Assembly: GCA_965240325.2 (NCBI GenBank)
Contig: OZ251223.1
Location: forward strand, 124,001-188,000
Length of the DNA: 64,000 nt
Reading direction: 5' to 3'
Source: Rebecca billardiae RCC1528
Lineage: Eukaryota > Protista > Haptophyta
A program made the translations under genes and the position numbers. The notes beneath the pieces were generated by a model. The model was not told where the DNA came from. It made no database searches and saw only the letters and a program-made list of their open reading frames with translations. Every line of letters begins with the position of its first letter. The stretch's first letter is position 1. This document shows, piece after piece, positions 38,763 to 49,175 of this stretch.

Positions 38763-39728
38763 TCAAAGCCCGACCGTCGCGTTCCTCGGGATCCAGCCGG
38801 TCGCGACGCGCACGCCTTTGGTGTGCCCCTGCTTCTCCGGCTTCTTCAGATTCCGGGGCTTGAGCACGACGACGGTGCCGCCGGACTTGTACGGCCAGCG
38901 CTGGTCGAGCTTCGCCTCGACGTGGTAGTACTTGAGCAGCCCGTCCGGGTTGAACTTGTGCTGGAAGTTCTCGTTGTCCAGCGCCATGTAGAAGTCGTGG
39001 ATGATCACGCGCGTGTTGGCGTGCACGTACTGGAGCGCGTTGAACGCGCACGCGCCGCGCGCCTGCCCGTCGCAGAAGATGATGTCGGGCTTGGTGGGCA
39101 CGCGCTCGATGGCGCGGAGGTACGTGGCGTACGTCTCGAAATCGCCCTTGTGCTTCGTCGCGCACGTCGCGCACCACCCCTTCTTCACCCCCGAGTCCCA
39201 GGGGAAAGTGTACAGGCTGCCGTCCTTGGGCGCGTGCTGCAGGAACACTCGGCGCCCGCGCTGGTACCGCGGGTCTGGGTCGGAGTAGTGGTCGGCGCGA
39301 GCCATCTCGGCGCGGTACGGCGAGTCGGCGAAGCTGAGCCGCTCGGACGGCGCGATCGAGCGGTCCGGCCACACGTGGAACAGCTCCACATTCGTGATGC
39401 CCAGCTCGTGCAGGTTGCGCCGGATGTCATCGGCGAACGGGTCCACGTTCTCAATCGTGTACAGCTGCTTGACGTGCTTGGCGAAGAAGATGGTGGAGGC
39501 GCCGCCGCCGAATTCGACCATCACGGTGCGCTCCGGGTCCATGAACGAGGTCATCAGCTCACGGCACTGCCGTGTCATCCACGGCAGGTGCTTGTCGTAG
39601 TCGGCGGCAGTCGAGCCGCGCACGTGCGATGTGCTGCCGCTGCCAAATGCGGGCGCGGCCGCGCAGGCGAGGGCAAGCGCGGCTATTCGCGCGTGCGCAC
39701 GATGCGGGCAGCCCAAGAAGCGCGCCAT
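38763..39728 (-). CDS. Secretory-pathway class I SAM-dependent methyltransferase-like protein (alternative start 39800)
   Basis: Hydrophobic leader, PWMT, motif I VEFGGGAST, LYTIEN, DIIFCDGQAR and VIIHDF. Host-like codon usage. Confidence 0.75.
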   Translation of the reverse strand: MARFLGCPHRAHARIAALALACAAAPAFGSGSTSHVRGSTAADYDKHLPWMTRQCRELMTSFMDPERTVMVEFGGGASTIFFAKHVKQLYTIENVDPFADDIRRNLHELGITNVELFHVWPDRSIAPSERLSFADSPYRAEMARADHYSDPDPRYQRGRRVFLQHAPKDGSLYTFPWDSGVKKGWCATCATKHKGDFETYATYLRAIERVPTKPDIIFCDGQARGACAFNALQYVHANTRVIIHDFYMALDNENFQHKFNPDGLLKYYHVEAKLDQRWPYKSGGTVVVLKPRNLKKPEKQGHTKGVRVATGWIPRNATVGL

Positions 39729-39840
39729 GCAACGCCGCCGAGGCGCACGTCGTGCGCTAGTGCTCGCGCCAGCGCTCGCGTGAGCCTCGCCGGACGCCAT
39801 ACCTGTAAAAGCCCCATGAACGACGTGGCGACCAATAATA

Positions 39841-41351
39841 CAGTGCTCTCAACAATTGGTTACCCTTGTGTTTGGCTGTCTACAGGGGTCTCAACAATTA
39901 ATTGTCACATTCTGACTGAGCTGCACGCCACTGCTCACCCTGCCCCCCTGGGCTGATCCAGGCGGCCCCCACGGCCCGTGCACGACGGTTTCGACCCAGC
40001 GCGTCAGCCCCAGCGCGCGTGGGCTGGAGTTGGGCACACCAGCAGGTCACACGGCTGCAGGCGTACAGCCTGTCGCAGCTGGCCAGATCCTGCCGCAGGC
40101 TTGTCGTCACTGGTCGCGGGCCGTGTGCCCACACAGACCAGGCCTAAAATGTGCTTGGCAGTGGATCTGGTACCCCCTACGGAGGGCTGCATGCCACATG
40201 GGGGGGAGCTCATGGGATGCAGCTGCAGTGGCACAGTGCCCAATCCCGCGCCCCCACCTGCGCAAGGACTCCTGTCGGGTCAGCTCCCCTGCACTGGGAG
40301 GCCAGCAGCAGCACCCGCTGACACACCCCGAGGGTGGCCAGCCACCCGACTTGAGGGGGCTGGAGTGGGGCTGGTGCAGCCAAGAGCTCTGCAGCCTAGC
40401 TGCTGGTGGCTGGCCTGCATGGATTTTCAAGCTGACCACCCACTGCTGCCTGCCGCACCCCTCGCTGCACCCACCTGGGCTGCTGCACATGCGCACTCTG
40501 GATGGCACCACAGCCCAGCATGGAGAGCTGGCCAAGCAGCCACCCACTCGTCAGAATGGCCAGGGAGTGGGCTGTGCTAGACCACATCTAGCCAGGCAAT
40601 CAAGTGCTTACATGCCTGTCCAGCGGCACAAACAGAGATACAGCTAATTGTTGAGACCCCTGTATAGTAGTACCAGCTCAGTTACTGTTTGAGGCCCACT
40701 GCTGCCTGCTATCTGTTACTGCACCTATAGCCCTTACAGACCAGGTGATGGGTATGAGCTGGGCGGGTGTGTGGGCTGAGTCAGTCAGAGAAATTGAGTG
40801 CAGGTGCACAACCGGCTGACAGGTGCTGCGCGGGGGTGCTGGACCACCACGAGGGCACTGGCAGAGATGGAAATTCACCCCCTGAGCAGGCTGTGGGCTG
40901 GCTGGCTGGGAGTGTAGCAGCTGTATAGTGGGCCCTGGCGCTGCAGCTGGATGGCCTTTGATACTGCCTAGCAGCCAGCCTAGCAGTACAGCCTGGCGTG
41001 AGCAGTCGTGCGGTTTCACTCTACTTTCAGTGCGCAGGCCACCGTCTCTGCGGGTGGTGGCCGAAAATCAGCGGCGCGCTGTGCTACCAGCTGGGCTGAA
41101 AGGGGTCGGTGGGAGCCAGCCGAGAGCCTGTCGGCCACGGTCACGTCCGAGCTGGCCGGCTTCACGTGCTGCCAAGAGGAGTCCTCCTGAATTGTCACCC
41201 ACCCGGCTGAAGTCATGATGGGTGGGTGCAGCTCGACCGAATGGAGAGTGCTGGGGCCGCAGGTGCCCGTCATGCAAGCCTAGGCGGCCAGGAGAAGGTG
41301 TGATGTGCAGGTGTGCTCTCCATATAGGGTAATCAATTGTTGAGAGGACTG
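39841..41351. mobile_element. Outer Tc1/mariner-type non-autonomous element (MITE), TA target-site duplication
   Basis: TA|CAGTGCTCTCAACAATTGGTTACCCT ... AGGGTAATCAATTGTTGAGAGGACTG|TA: 26-bp TIRs with 2 mismatches. TA at 39839-39840 and 41352-41353. Confidence 0.85.
39883..40662. mobile_element. Inner Tc1/mariner-type MITE (780 bp) nested in the outer element
   Basis: TA|CAGGGGTCTCAACAATTA ... TAATTGTTGAGACCCCTG|TA: perfect 18-bp TIRs with TA flanks at 39881-39882 and 40663-40664. Confidence 0.9.
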
Positions 41352-41363
41352 TAATCTCGCCTG

Positions 41364-41405
41364 CTGCCTGAGCTGTGTGCGTCTCTTATTCTTAGTAAAC
41401 TGTAG
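41364..41405 (+). repeat. 42-bp dispersed repeat identical to 7132-7173
   Basis: Direct sequence identity. Confidence 0.8.
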
Positions 41406-41655
41406 TAGATTAATAGCCCGGCGGCCCGGCGGCCCGGCGGCCCCAGGCCCATGGGGTTTTGCCCCGCTGCGGGGCGACATATCTACAAAAGTCAAAACCC
41501 CTCCGGACTGGCATGGGCCATGCAAACAATGTACGTACCCGCTTTGAATAGAGTGAGCCCGTTTCAATATGTATTAATAGGAAGACAATGAAAACGGACC
41601 CCGCGACCAAATTCAGTTATATTTGACGAGTGTATTCAGTTATTATTTGCATACA

Positions 41656-42608
41656 CACTGTGAAAACTGGAGTGTAAATGGTGATGTGTATGATGGGCAC
41701 ATTTGGTGTGCTCGACACACCCGACTAGCCTGACACAGATATTGGTCATTGGACGAACGAATGAAAGTACTTTCGTATGGGCATACGCGTATACGATATA
41801 GGTCGCAACAGCGTGAGCACTATGTGTGCACTGCCACTGGTCGTGCACCGGTCGTAAGGAATATCTTGAATTGTTCGTATTATCTGGTCCTATCACAGCC
41901 AATCTTGAACTCGATGAGAATTCTCAAGACATCCAGAATCGTAGCCTAAAGAGGGGCAAAAGTCAAAACCCCTCCGGACTGGCGTGGGCCATTCAAATGA
42001 TACACATGTACGTACCCGCTTTGAATGGAGTGAGCCCGTTTCAATATAGATCTAATAGGAAGACGGTTCGATTTGATTTCACATTTGGCATACGTACCGT
42101 ATGACCAGGCGGGGAACGCCCCTGTTGCATCACTGTGAAAACTGGAGTGTAAATGGTGATGTGTATGATGGGCACATTTGGTGTGCTCGACACACCCGAC
42201 TAGCCTGACACAGATATTGGTCATTGGACGAACGAATGAAAGTACTTTCGTATGGGCATACGCGTATACGATATAGGTCGCAACAGCGTGAGCACTATGT
42301 GTGCACTGCCACTGGTCGTGCACCGGTCGTAAGGAATATCTTGAATTGTTCGTATTATATATCTGGTCCTATCACAGCCAATCTTGAACGCGATGAGAAT
42401 TCTCAAGACATCCAGAATCGTAGCCTAAAGAGGGGCAAAAGTCAAAACCCCTCCGGACTGGCGTGGGCCATTCAAATGATACACATGTACGTACCCGCTT
42501 TGAATAGAGTGAGCCCGTTTCAATATAGATCTAATAGGAAGACGGTTCGATTTGATTTCACATTTGGCATACGTACCGTATGACCAGGCGGGGAACGCCC
42601 CTGTTGCA
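41656..42608 (+). repeat. Tandem duplication of a ~475-bp AT-richer unit (41656-42130, 42131-42608), with a diverged partial copy at ~41486-41588
   Basis: Both units start cactgtgaaaactggagtg and end gggaacgcccctgttgca. They differ by a TATA insertion and a few substitutions. Confidence 0.92.
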
Positions 42609-43934
42609 CGTTCAAGCAGATGAACATAGTAATACATAGCTTACAGCATCAGTGAGCATTTTGAACCCTGCGAGGCACGACCGCGTGAAGCCCACGCACG
42701 TGACGCACAGATTGTGCCGGATGACAGGGCACCTGGCCCGCCTGGGGCCGGGCAAGTATATATACTATAGATGCATAGTTGCATACAGTACCAGTCGTTC
42801 GGGAATGACATCGCCAGCATGCCGGGCCGCTACCCTCGCTAGTGCACCAAATGCCCCTGATGTGCTGTCCCGTGTGGCGCGAGTGCACTTTGTCACTCGG
42901 ACCGGACCGGTCGACGCCGACGGCGAGTCAACCGGCGTCGAGAGTGAGGACGACCGTACCCAACTTCAGAGAGTGAGCCAGACAGAGTCATTAGCCACTG
43001 CTCATGCTGTGCCATTAGCAGACGCAGACAGTAGTAGACATTAGTCCTTGACCTTGCAGTACGAAGACCCACTGTCTGGATGCGGTAGGCGCGTACGTGT
43101 AACTATTATTAATTGCTCCTTGGGATTTTTCGTCGTCGAGTATCGCAGCTCACAGCAGGCTGCCCGGTGGGGCACAGCGGGCAGCGACCGGAAGCAGACG
43201 GAGCGGGAGATAGCCCGACATCGCGCTGCGCGGTGAAGATCCAGAGGCAGCCTCCGCACGAGGCACGCCTCGACTTAAGCAAGACAGTGTAGACAGGGGC
43301 GGTGGAGGGACGAGCTCTGAGGGCAGCGGCGGTGAGCAGCGGTGATGAATCTCGTCACGCAGCAGTCGCTGGAGGGCAGGGGATCCAGCTGGCTGACCAA
43401 GCTGTGAGCGCTCGTGGGGGTCGGTGAGATCGCCATCAGGGTTAATTAACTTTAAGCCTTCGCGACGATACGCCGAAGGCGCTCAGCCGCCATTTAGCAG
43501 CGCTCGCTTCGCCTGTTCACGAGATGATGAAGCCCGCCTGCGCTGCTAATAGATGAGTATGTAGCCCTTGAGATGAACCGGTACGGCGCTTCGTTCGCCA
43601 GCAAAAGGAGCTCATGAACCAGCTGCGGAGCAAAGCACAGGATTGGCGGTCGGATTGGAGTCCGGACTAGGCTCCAGCTGCTGCAATCAGGACGATGGCC
43701 GATGACGCCGACGGCCAATGGGGCAGTTTGCCTTGTGCGAGCAGGCCTGCCAGCGGTCAAAGGCGATCTGGAAGCGGCGATGTGGTGTCGTGGTCACGTA
43801 CTTCTTGCCCGCGGACAGAATCGATTATTGTGCGCCAATAACATCACCACGACATACCTACCGCGTACTGCTCCATCAGTCCATGATACTCCGCCGTGTG
43901 AATTAGAGTAATAACGGACTTATTCTCCGTACAC

Positions 43935-43937
<3 letters not shown>

Positions 43938-44006
<69 letters not shown>
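43938..44006. repeat. (AT)n microsatellite
   Basis: Directly visible. Confidence 0.98.
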
Positions 44007-44007
<1 letters not shown>

Positions 44008-44330
44008 TGCTATAGCTAGTAAATTATAATATTCGCTCTGGGCGCCGTGAGCCAGGCCAAGCGGGTTGTCTGGCCTTGTGAGTGTGGTCGAGGAGACCCA
44101 GCAGAACTTTTGACTTATTACGTATTGGCCGCACGGCCACCACGCCGCTGAGAAGTGAGAGCCAATATTCGCGTCACTCTCCGCGCTGGGGCTGAGCTGA
44201 CCGCCGGGCAGTCGTCTGGGCGATGCTGCCCACCCGCGGCCCGCGACGATGGCAGAGCTCGGCGAGCTGGGCCGAGCCGTCACCCGGCGTCCGCGGCGCG
44301 TTCACGAGCCACCGCTCTTAGGCGGCTCGA

Positions 44331-45074
44331 TCAGTCGGACAGCCCCTCCACGATCTCGCGCGCCGAGATGCGCTGCACAGACACCTTCTCGGGCGGAGGG
44401 ATGGCGGCGAGCTCGTGGAAGACGCGGACGATGGGCATGGGCGCGCCGGCGGAGGTGCGCACAGCGTCCACGGAGAGCAGCTGCTCCAGCCCCAGCCACG
44501 GCAGCGGCTGGCGCAGGAACTCGTCCGCGAAGACGGCGACGTCTGTCGTGAAGCCCGGCAGCAGGATGAGCGCGCCCTCGTTGCTCGCCTCCGTCGTGAT
44601 CAGTCGGCTCATCTCGCCGAGGCAGCACTCCGCGGCGTCGGCAGCGGACGCGTCAGCGACCACACGGAACGAGGAGATCGCCAGCAGCCGCCGGCCCTCG
44701 GCCACAAAGTCGAGGTCGATGTCCTCGCCCCCGCCCATCACACTCTCCGGGTCGGCGGGCGCTTCGCCGACGTCAAACTGCGAGCTGAGGCGATCCTGGA
44801 AGTAGTCGAGCGCGGATGCGACGAGTGTCATCTGGCTGTCGTCAACAGCCGGCGCAGCAGCTGCTGCCTCGTTCGGCGCGCCCGTCGGCAGCAGCCCTGC
44901 GTCCGCCGCGGCGCAGCGGTCGCGCGCGAGCCGGGCGTAGGCCGACGCGACGCGTGGCTCGACGCCGCGGAAGAAGGTGGACATGCGCTCGGGCGGCGCA
45001 GCGGAGCGGGCTGGCACGAGTAGGCCGACGAGCGCGAGCAGAGCAGCCTGCGAACGAGCGCGTGCTGGCCCCAT
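44331..45074 (-). CDS. Hypothetical protein with N-terminal signal peptide (secreted or plastid-targeted)
   Basis: QAALLALVGLLVPARSA leader and a globular acidic body with host codon usage. No family recognised. Confidence 0.6.
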   Translation of the reverse strand: MGPARARSQAALLALVGLLVPARSAAPPERMSTFFRGVEPRVASAYARLARDRCAAADAGLLPTGAPNEAAAAAPAVDDSQMTLVASALDYFQDRLSSQFDVGEAPADPESVMGGGEDIDLDFVAEGRRLLAISSFRVVADASAADAAECCLGEMSRLITTEASNEGALILLPGFTTDVAVFADEFLRQPLPWLGLEQLLSVDAVRTSAGAPMPIVRVFHELAAIPPPEKVSVQRISAREIVEGLSD

Positions 45075-45379
45075 GCTTGTCGTCGTCGCGCGCGTCGCGG
45101 CTGTCGGACGGTCCAGGTGCGCCCGCGCGCCAGCCAGGGCCCACGGATTCTCTCGGCGCGACGACCAGCACAGAGCCAATCAGCGCTCGCTCAGCGCAGG
45201 TGGGTTCGAGAACGGCCGAAATGTGACGATTCGGATGAACATCATGAACATTTACGTGGTCATACTCCGGCATCACGATGGCGGGTGCGCATCACATGAC
45301 AGGCGATGGAGGCCTTGTTAGCGCATGTGGCAGCCGGGTGGCGTGCAACGCACTCCCTTTCGCGAGTCAGATGTGAAAG

Positions 45380-46192
45380 TCAGCTCGTCGTGGGCGGGCC
45401 GCCCGGCCACGTGAAGACGCCCGTGATGAATCGGCGCTCCATGTGCAGCCCGTCCTTGCGATTCTCCACGTGCCGTGTCGTGTACTCCAGCCGCTTGCGC
45501 GTGAAGCCTGCTTCCCGGAAGAGCGCGTCGGCACGCTCCACGGAGAAGTAGTAGGCGAGTGTGCGGTCACGCCTCACGTAGAGATTCTCATCCAGCCGCG
45601 TGCCGTCTGTATTCGCCTCGAAGCGCTGCTGCGCGAGGTCGTCGAGCGCGTAGTCGCGGAAGTAGAGCGCGCCGCCGGCGCGCAGCCCCGAGGCCGCCGC
45701 GCGGAGCGCCGCGCCCATCTGCGCCAGCGGCATACTGCTCAGCACGAAGATCAGCGTGGCGGCATCGGCGCCCACCTCGCCGAGTTCGGGCGGCAGCTGG
45801 CCGGTCGTGATGTCGCACACTTCGGCGCGGATGCGCTCAGGGTCGTACCGCGGGTCGGCACGCAGCAGCTTGACGCTGCACGCGGAGAAGTCGAGCGCGT
45901 ACACGAAGCGGTCGGGCCGCTCCTCGAGCAGCGGGAACGCCGTATTCCCCACGCCACACCCGAGCTCGAGCACCACGCGCGCGCTTGTGTGCAGCTCCTC
46001 GAACTCGGCGCCGAGGTAGTGGCGGTCCTTGTACGCGTTCACGCTGTTGCGCGCGTAGAAGCCGTCCCAGTGGCGCGCCGCGTCGCGCACGTACCAATCG
46101 GCCCATGCCGGCGGCACGGTGCGCGGCTCGCCGCGCCGTGGGTACGGCTTGTACTCGAAGGGCGCGTCTGCGCCGGGCGCGGGGGCCGCCAT
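45380..46192 (-). CDS. METTL6: tRNA N3-methylcytidine methyltransferase, METTL6/METTL2/Trm140 family
   Basis: HWDGFY, YKDRHYL..EF, VLELGCGVGNTAFPL, YALDFS, TLIFVLS, YFRDYALDDL, YVRRDRTLAYYFS. Confidence 0.9.
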   Translation of the reverse strand: MAAPAPGADAPFEYKPYPRRGEPRTVPPAWADWYVRDAARHWDGFYARNSVNAYKDRHYLGAEFEELHTSARVVLELGCGVGNTAFPLLEERPDRFVYALDFSACSVKLLRADPRYDPERIRAEVCDITTGQLPPELGEVGADAATLIFVLSSMPLAQMGAALRAAASGLRAGGALYFRDYALDDLAQQRFEANTDGTRLDENLYVRRDRTLAYYFSVERADALFREAGFTRKRLEYTTRHVENRKDGLHMERRFITGVFTWPGGPPTTS

Positions 46193-46301
46193 CGAGCGAG
46201 TCCAGCACCAGTGCCGGACGGCTGCCGCCGTCGAGATCGAGGATCCGAGATTCCGAGGGCCGCCATCGTCCCGGAGGGGCACGTGCGGGTGCGAACGCGC
46301 G

Positions 46302-46739
46302 ATGCAGGTGGGGTACGAGGTTCGACCGTCGCCCATCGCGGGCGTGGGCCTCTTCACGACGGAGGACATCCCAAAGGGTGCGCTCGTGTGGAAATACTCG
46401 CCGCAGAGCGTGCGCACCTACGACAGCGAGGCGGCCGTGCGCACGAGGCTGGCGGCGCTGAGCGAGAAGGAGCTGCTCGACTTCCTGGAGCACGCGTACT
46501 GCTGGGAGGGCCAAGTCGTGGAGATCCTCGACGACGGGAAGTACTGGAACCACTCGAAACGGCCGAATACAGGCAACGTGCCGGACGACCCAGACTCGTC
46601 ATACGCGCTGCGCGACATCCCCGCGGGCGAGGAGCTGCTTGACGACTACTCGCAGCACGACCGCATGCCGTGGTATGAGGCGATCTGCGCGGAGCACAGC
46701 GTCATGTCAGTCACGGCCATGGGCGACAAATACGACTGA
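46302..46739 (+). CDS. Minimal stand-alone SET-domain methyltransferase (145 aa)
   Basis: VRPSPIAGVGLF..EDIPKG, WNHSKRPN and ALRDIPAGEELLDDY. No pre-SET or post-SET region, no introns. Confidence 0.88.
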   Translation: MQVGYEVRPSPIAGVGLFTTEDIPKGALVWKYSPQSVRTYDSEAAVRTRLAALSEKELLDFLEHAYCWEGQVVEILDDGKYWNHSKRPNTGNVPDDPDSSYALRDIPAGEELLDDYSQHDRMPWYEAICAEHSVMSVTAMGDKYD

Positions 46740-47067
46740 GCCCATGCGTAGCCCACCCCCGTCTCAGCCCCCGCCCACAGACTCAGTGATCAGCAATGGT
46801 GTCAACAACATCGCGGGCGCGGAAGTCATGAGCTTCTCTACAGCAGTATCCTGGACCACCTCCTTAAAGTTCAGAACCTACCCCCATACAGTATATTGAT
46901 TGTACCTGTTCAATATGAATCCGCGCCGATCCCAGCCTGAAGTTTAGTACGAGTTGAGAGTCAGGATCTCGCGCAGGTGCGCGTGCTGCCGAAAGAAGCT
47001 CCAGTTGGAGGGAAGAAAGGGCGACGGCGTCCTCGCGCGCGCGGCCGAGTGCACGCAGCCGCGCGCA

Positions 47068-48237
47068 ATGGACGACGAGTACGACGAGGTGGTGGTCGTG
47101 TACAACGGCACTAGGCGACTTTGCACCGACCACCCGTGGTGCGACTGCGACTGGCAATTCCGCAACAGCACGGACTGCGAGTGTGACGGCCTGCTCGCCA
47201 ACTTCTCCGAGGTCGCGAGCGCTCCATGCGAGCCGTGCGCGTGCAACGTGACGCTCACGCCGGGCGGCGAGTACGCCGAGGAATCCGGCGGGCAGAACGC
47301 CCGCCCCCCGTGCGAGGACTGCAAAGTGGTCACGCACGCCCGCCACTGGGCCAACTTTGACGCGCGGTTCACGGTGTTTCCGCCCTTCCTCTTCCTCGGC
47401 TGTGCGGGCCTGCTGCTGTGCAAGTGGCTGCTCCGGGTGCGCTTCGCCGTGCACCGGCGGAGGCGAGCCGAACGCCGCGAAGCCGGCAGCCCCGCCGCCG
47501 CCGACGGCACCGTGCAGCTCGTCGCGGTCACGCACGGCGCGGACGCGGACGCTCTGATCGGACAGCTGGCGGCTGCGCCCTACAGCTCGCTCTCCGCGGC
47601 CGAGGCGCGCGGCCGGGTGGACTGCGCGATCTGCCTGGCCGCGCTCAGGCCGGACTCGAGCGTCAAGCGCCTCGCGTGCTCGCACATCTTCTGCTCCGAG
47701 TGCATCGACTCGTGGATCCGCTCGCAGGCGGCGCAGCCGGCGGTCAAGCTGATCGTTCTGTGCCCGCTGTGTAAGTCTGACCTCAGCGCCGAGCCGAGCG
47801 CCGAGGCGGAGGCGGCGGCGGAGGCGGAGGCGCACGCCGCGCAGCACGCTGAGGACGCGCCGGCGGGGGCGCCGACGGCTGCGACGCATGCGATCGAGCT
47901 CGACGCCGCGCGCGCGCCCGCAAGCGCCCCCGCTGCCGCGAACGCAGCGCCGGGGCCGCTGCCGGCGCCTGCCACCGGTGGCGCGGGCGGAGCCGCGCCG
48001 GCCGGCGGCGCGGCCTCGGCCGCGGGCGCGAGCGCCAGCCAGCCGCCGGCCGCGTCCAGGCCGTCACCGCCGATCCGCGATGCGCGCGTGCTGCCGGCTG
48101 CGCGGAGTGCTGAAGGCTCGTCGGCCGGGCTGGACAATGCCCACGCCGACGCGCTGTCGGCTGCGGCGGCGCCCGCCAGCGCGGCGCCGCACTCCGCCAC
48201 TCCCGGCGCAGGCCCTGCGCCTGCAGCTGCCCGCTGA
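47068..48237 (+). CDS. Single-pass membrane RING E3 ligase with a Cys-rich N-terminal ectodomain and an Ala/Pro-rich tail
   Basis: Cys-rich N-terminus, then TM FTVFPPFLFLGCAGLLLCKWLL with a basic stop-transfer, then RING CAIC...CSHIFCSEC..W...CPLC. Confidence 0.8.
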   Translation: MDDEYDEVVVVYNGTRRLCTDHPWCDCDWQFRNSTDCECDGLLANFSEVASAPCEPCACNVTLTPGGEYAEESGGQNARPPCEDCKVVTHARHWANFDARFTVFPPFLFLGCAGLLLCKWLLRVRFAVHRRRRAERREAGSPAAADGTVQLVAVTHGADADALIGQLAAAPYSSLSAAEARGRVDCAICLAALRPDSSVKRLACSHIFCSECIDSWIRSQAAQPAVKLIVLCPLCKSDLSAEPSAEAEAAAEAEAHAAQHAEDAPAGAPTAATHAIELDAARAPASAPAAANAAPGPLPAPATGGAGGAAPAGGAASAAGASASQPPAASRPSPPIRDARVLPAARSAEGSSAGLDNAHADALSAAAAPASAAPHSATPGAGPAPAAAR

Positions 48238-49175
48238 TGGCGCGACGGCCATCGCGGCATCAACGTCTGGATAGCTGGCGGCAGATGCCGCGCCGACGCT
48301 CGCCGCCGCCGCTGCCGCGGCAGGCGTGTGCCCGGCAGGCACGAGGCCGCGTGCGGTTCTCTACGCCTGCTGTGCAGCTGTGCTGGCGCTTCAAGGGCGG
48401 CATCAAGGGCGGCATGGGTGGCCCGGCCGGCCCGGGGCGGCCGGTCGTAGTCATTCATTATCGCATGGTCTATCATATCAATATCATCGCGCAGCTCATC
48501 AAGGCTCATGCGCAAGCACTAGTACTGCTCGTGAGTAAGTGCGCCTGTCTGTGCGCACGCAGGTCGGAATGAGCCAGGTGTGATGACTGATGAGATGATG
48601 AGATCGCGTTACGTCACACGTCAAAGTCTTAAGTCGTCTGCTGACAATGACGATTATTATAAATCTGAGTATATATATATATGGCGCGCGGGCCAGAGCG
48701 CGCTAGGCGGCGCGCTCACTCTCCAAGCCCCTCTTCTGCAGCTGCGCGGCCTGCGCGCCGCTTGGCCGGCGCGCGGCGACGCGTACTATTACGACCTCAT
48801 TCTCATCCAGGCGCCCACGCGGGCGCACGGCCCACGGCCCCGGGGCGACAGCCGCGGCTGCCGCTTGCTTGCCGTCGGAGCTGCTCGCCGCTAGGTCGGC
48901 GGGCGGCGACATGGACTACGACCTCACCCTCATCCAAGTGCTCCGGAAGGCGCTCGGCCGCGGCGGCATCTGCCGTCGCCGCCGCGTGCCCCAGGCCGAG
49001 GCGGTGCTCCATCCCGGCCCCGCTCCCGTAGGGGGGCCAGGGCCGTGCCGGGGAGTGGCCACACCGTGACAGTCCGTGTCCGTCGGAGTCGTCGGACCTG
49101 GGGCTGGATGGACGGTAACTCAGGTAAGTAAGGCGCGGACGCATTCTACTTCTAGTGAATAGTGACGATGATATG

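Noticed and set aside
39978-41277. ORFs inside the nested MITEs considered as transposase
   Set aside because: No HTH or DDD/E motifs recognisable; the frames are short and non-host-like
41656-42608. Repeats considered as a CRISPR array or LTR pair, and the small ORFs within them
   Set aside because: There are no spacers, the units are directly adjacent with no internal region or PBS/PPT, and the ORFs lack host codon bias.
48785-48940. Short imperfect direct repeat (YYDLILIQA / DYDLTLIQV)
   Set aside because: Only ~25 bp, two copies, and no supportable gene model
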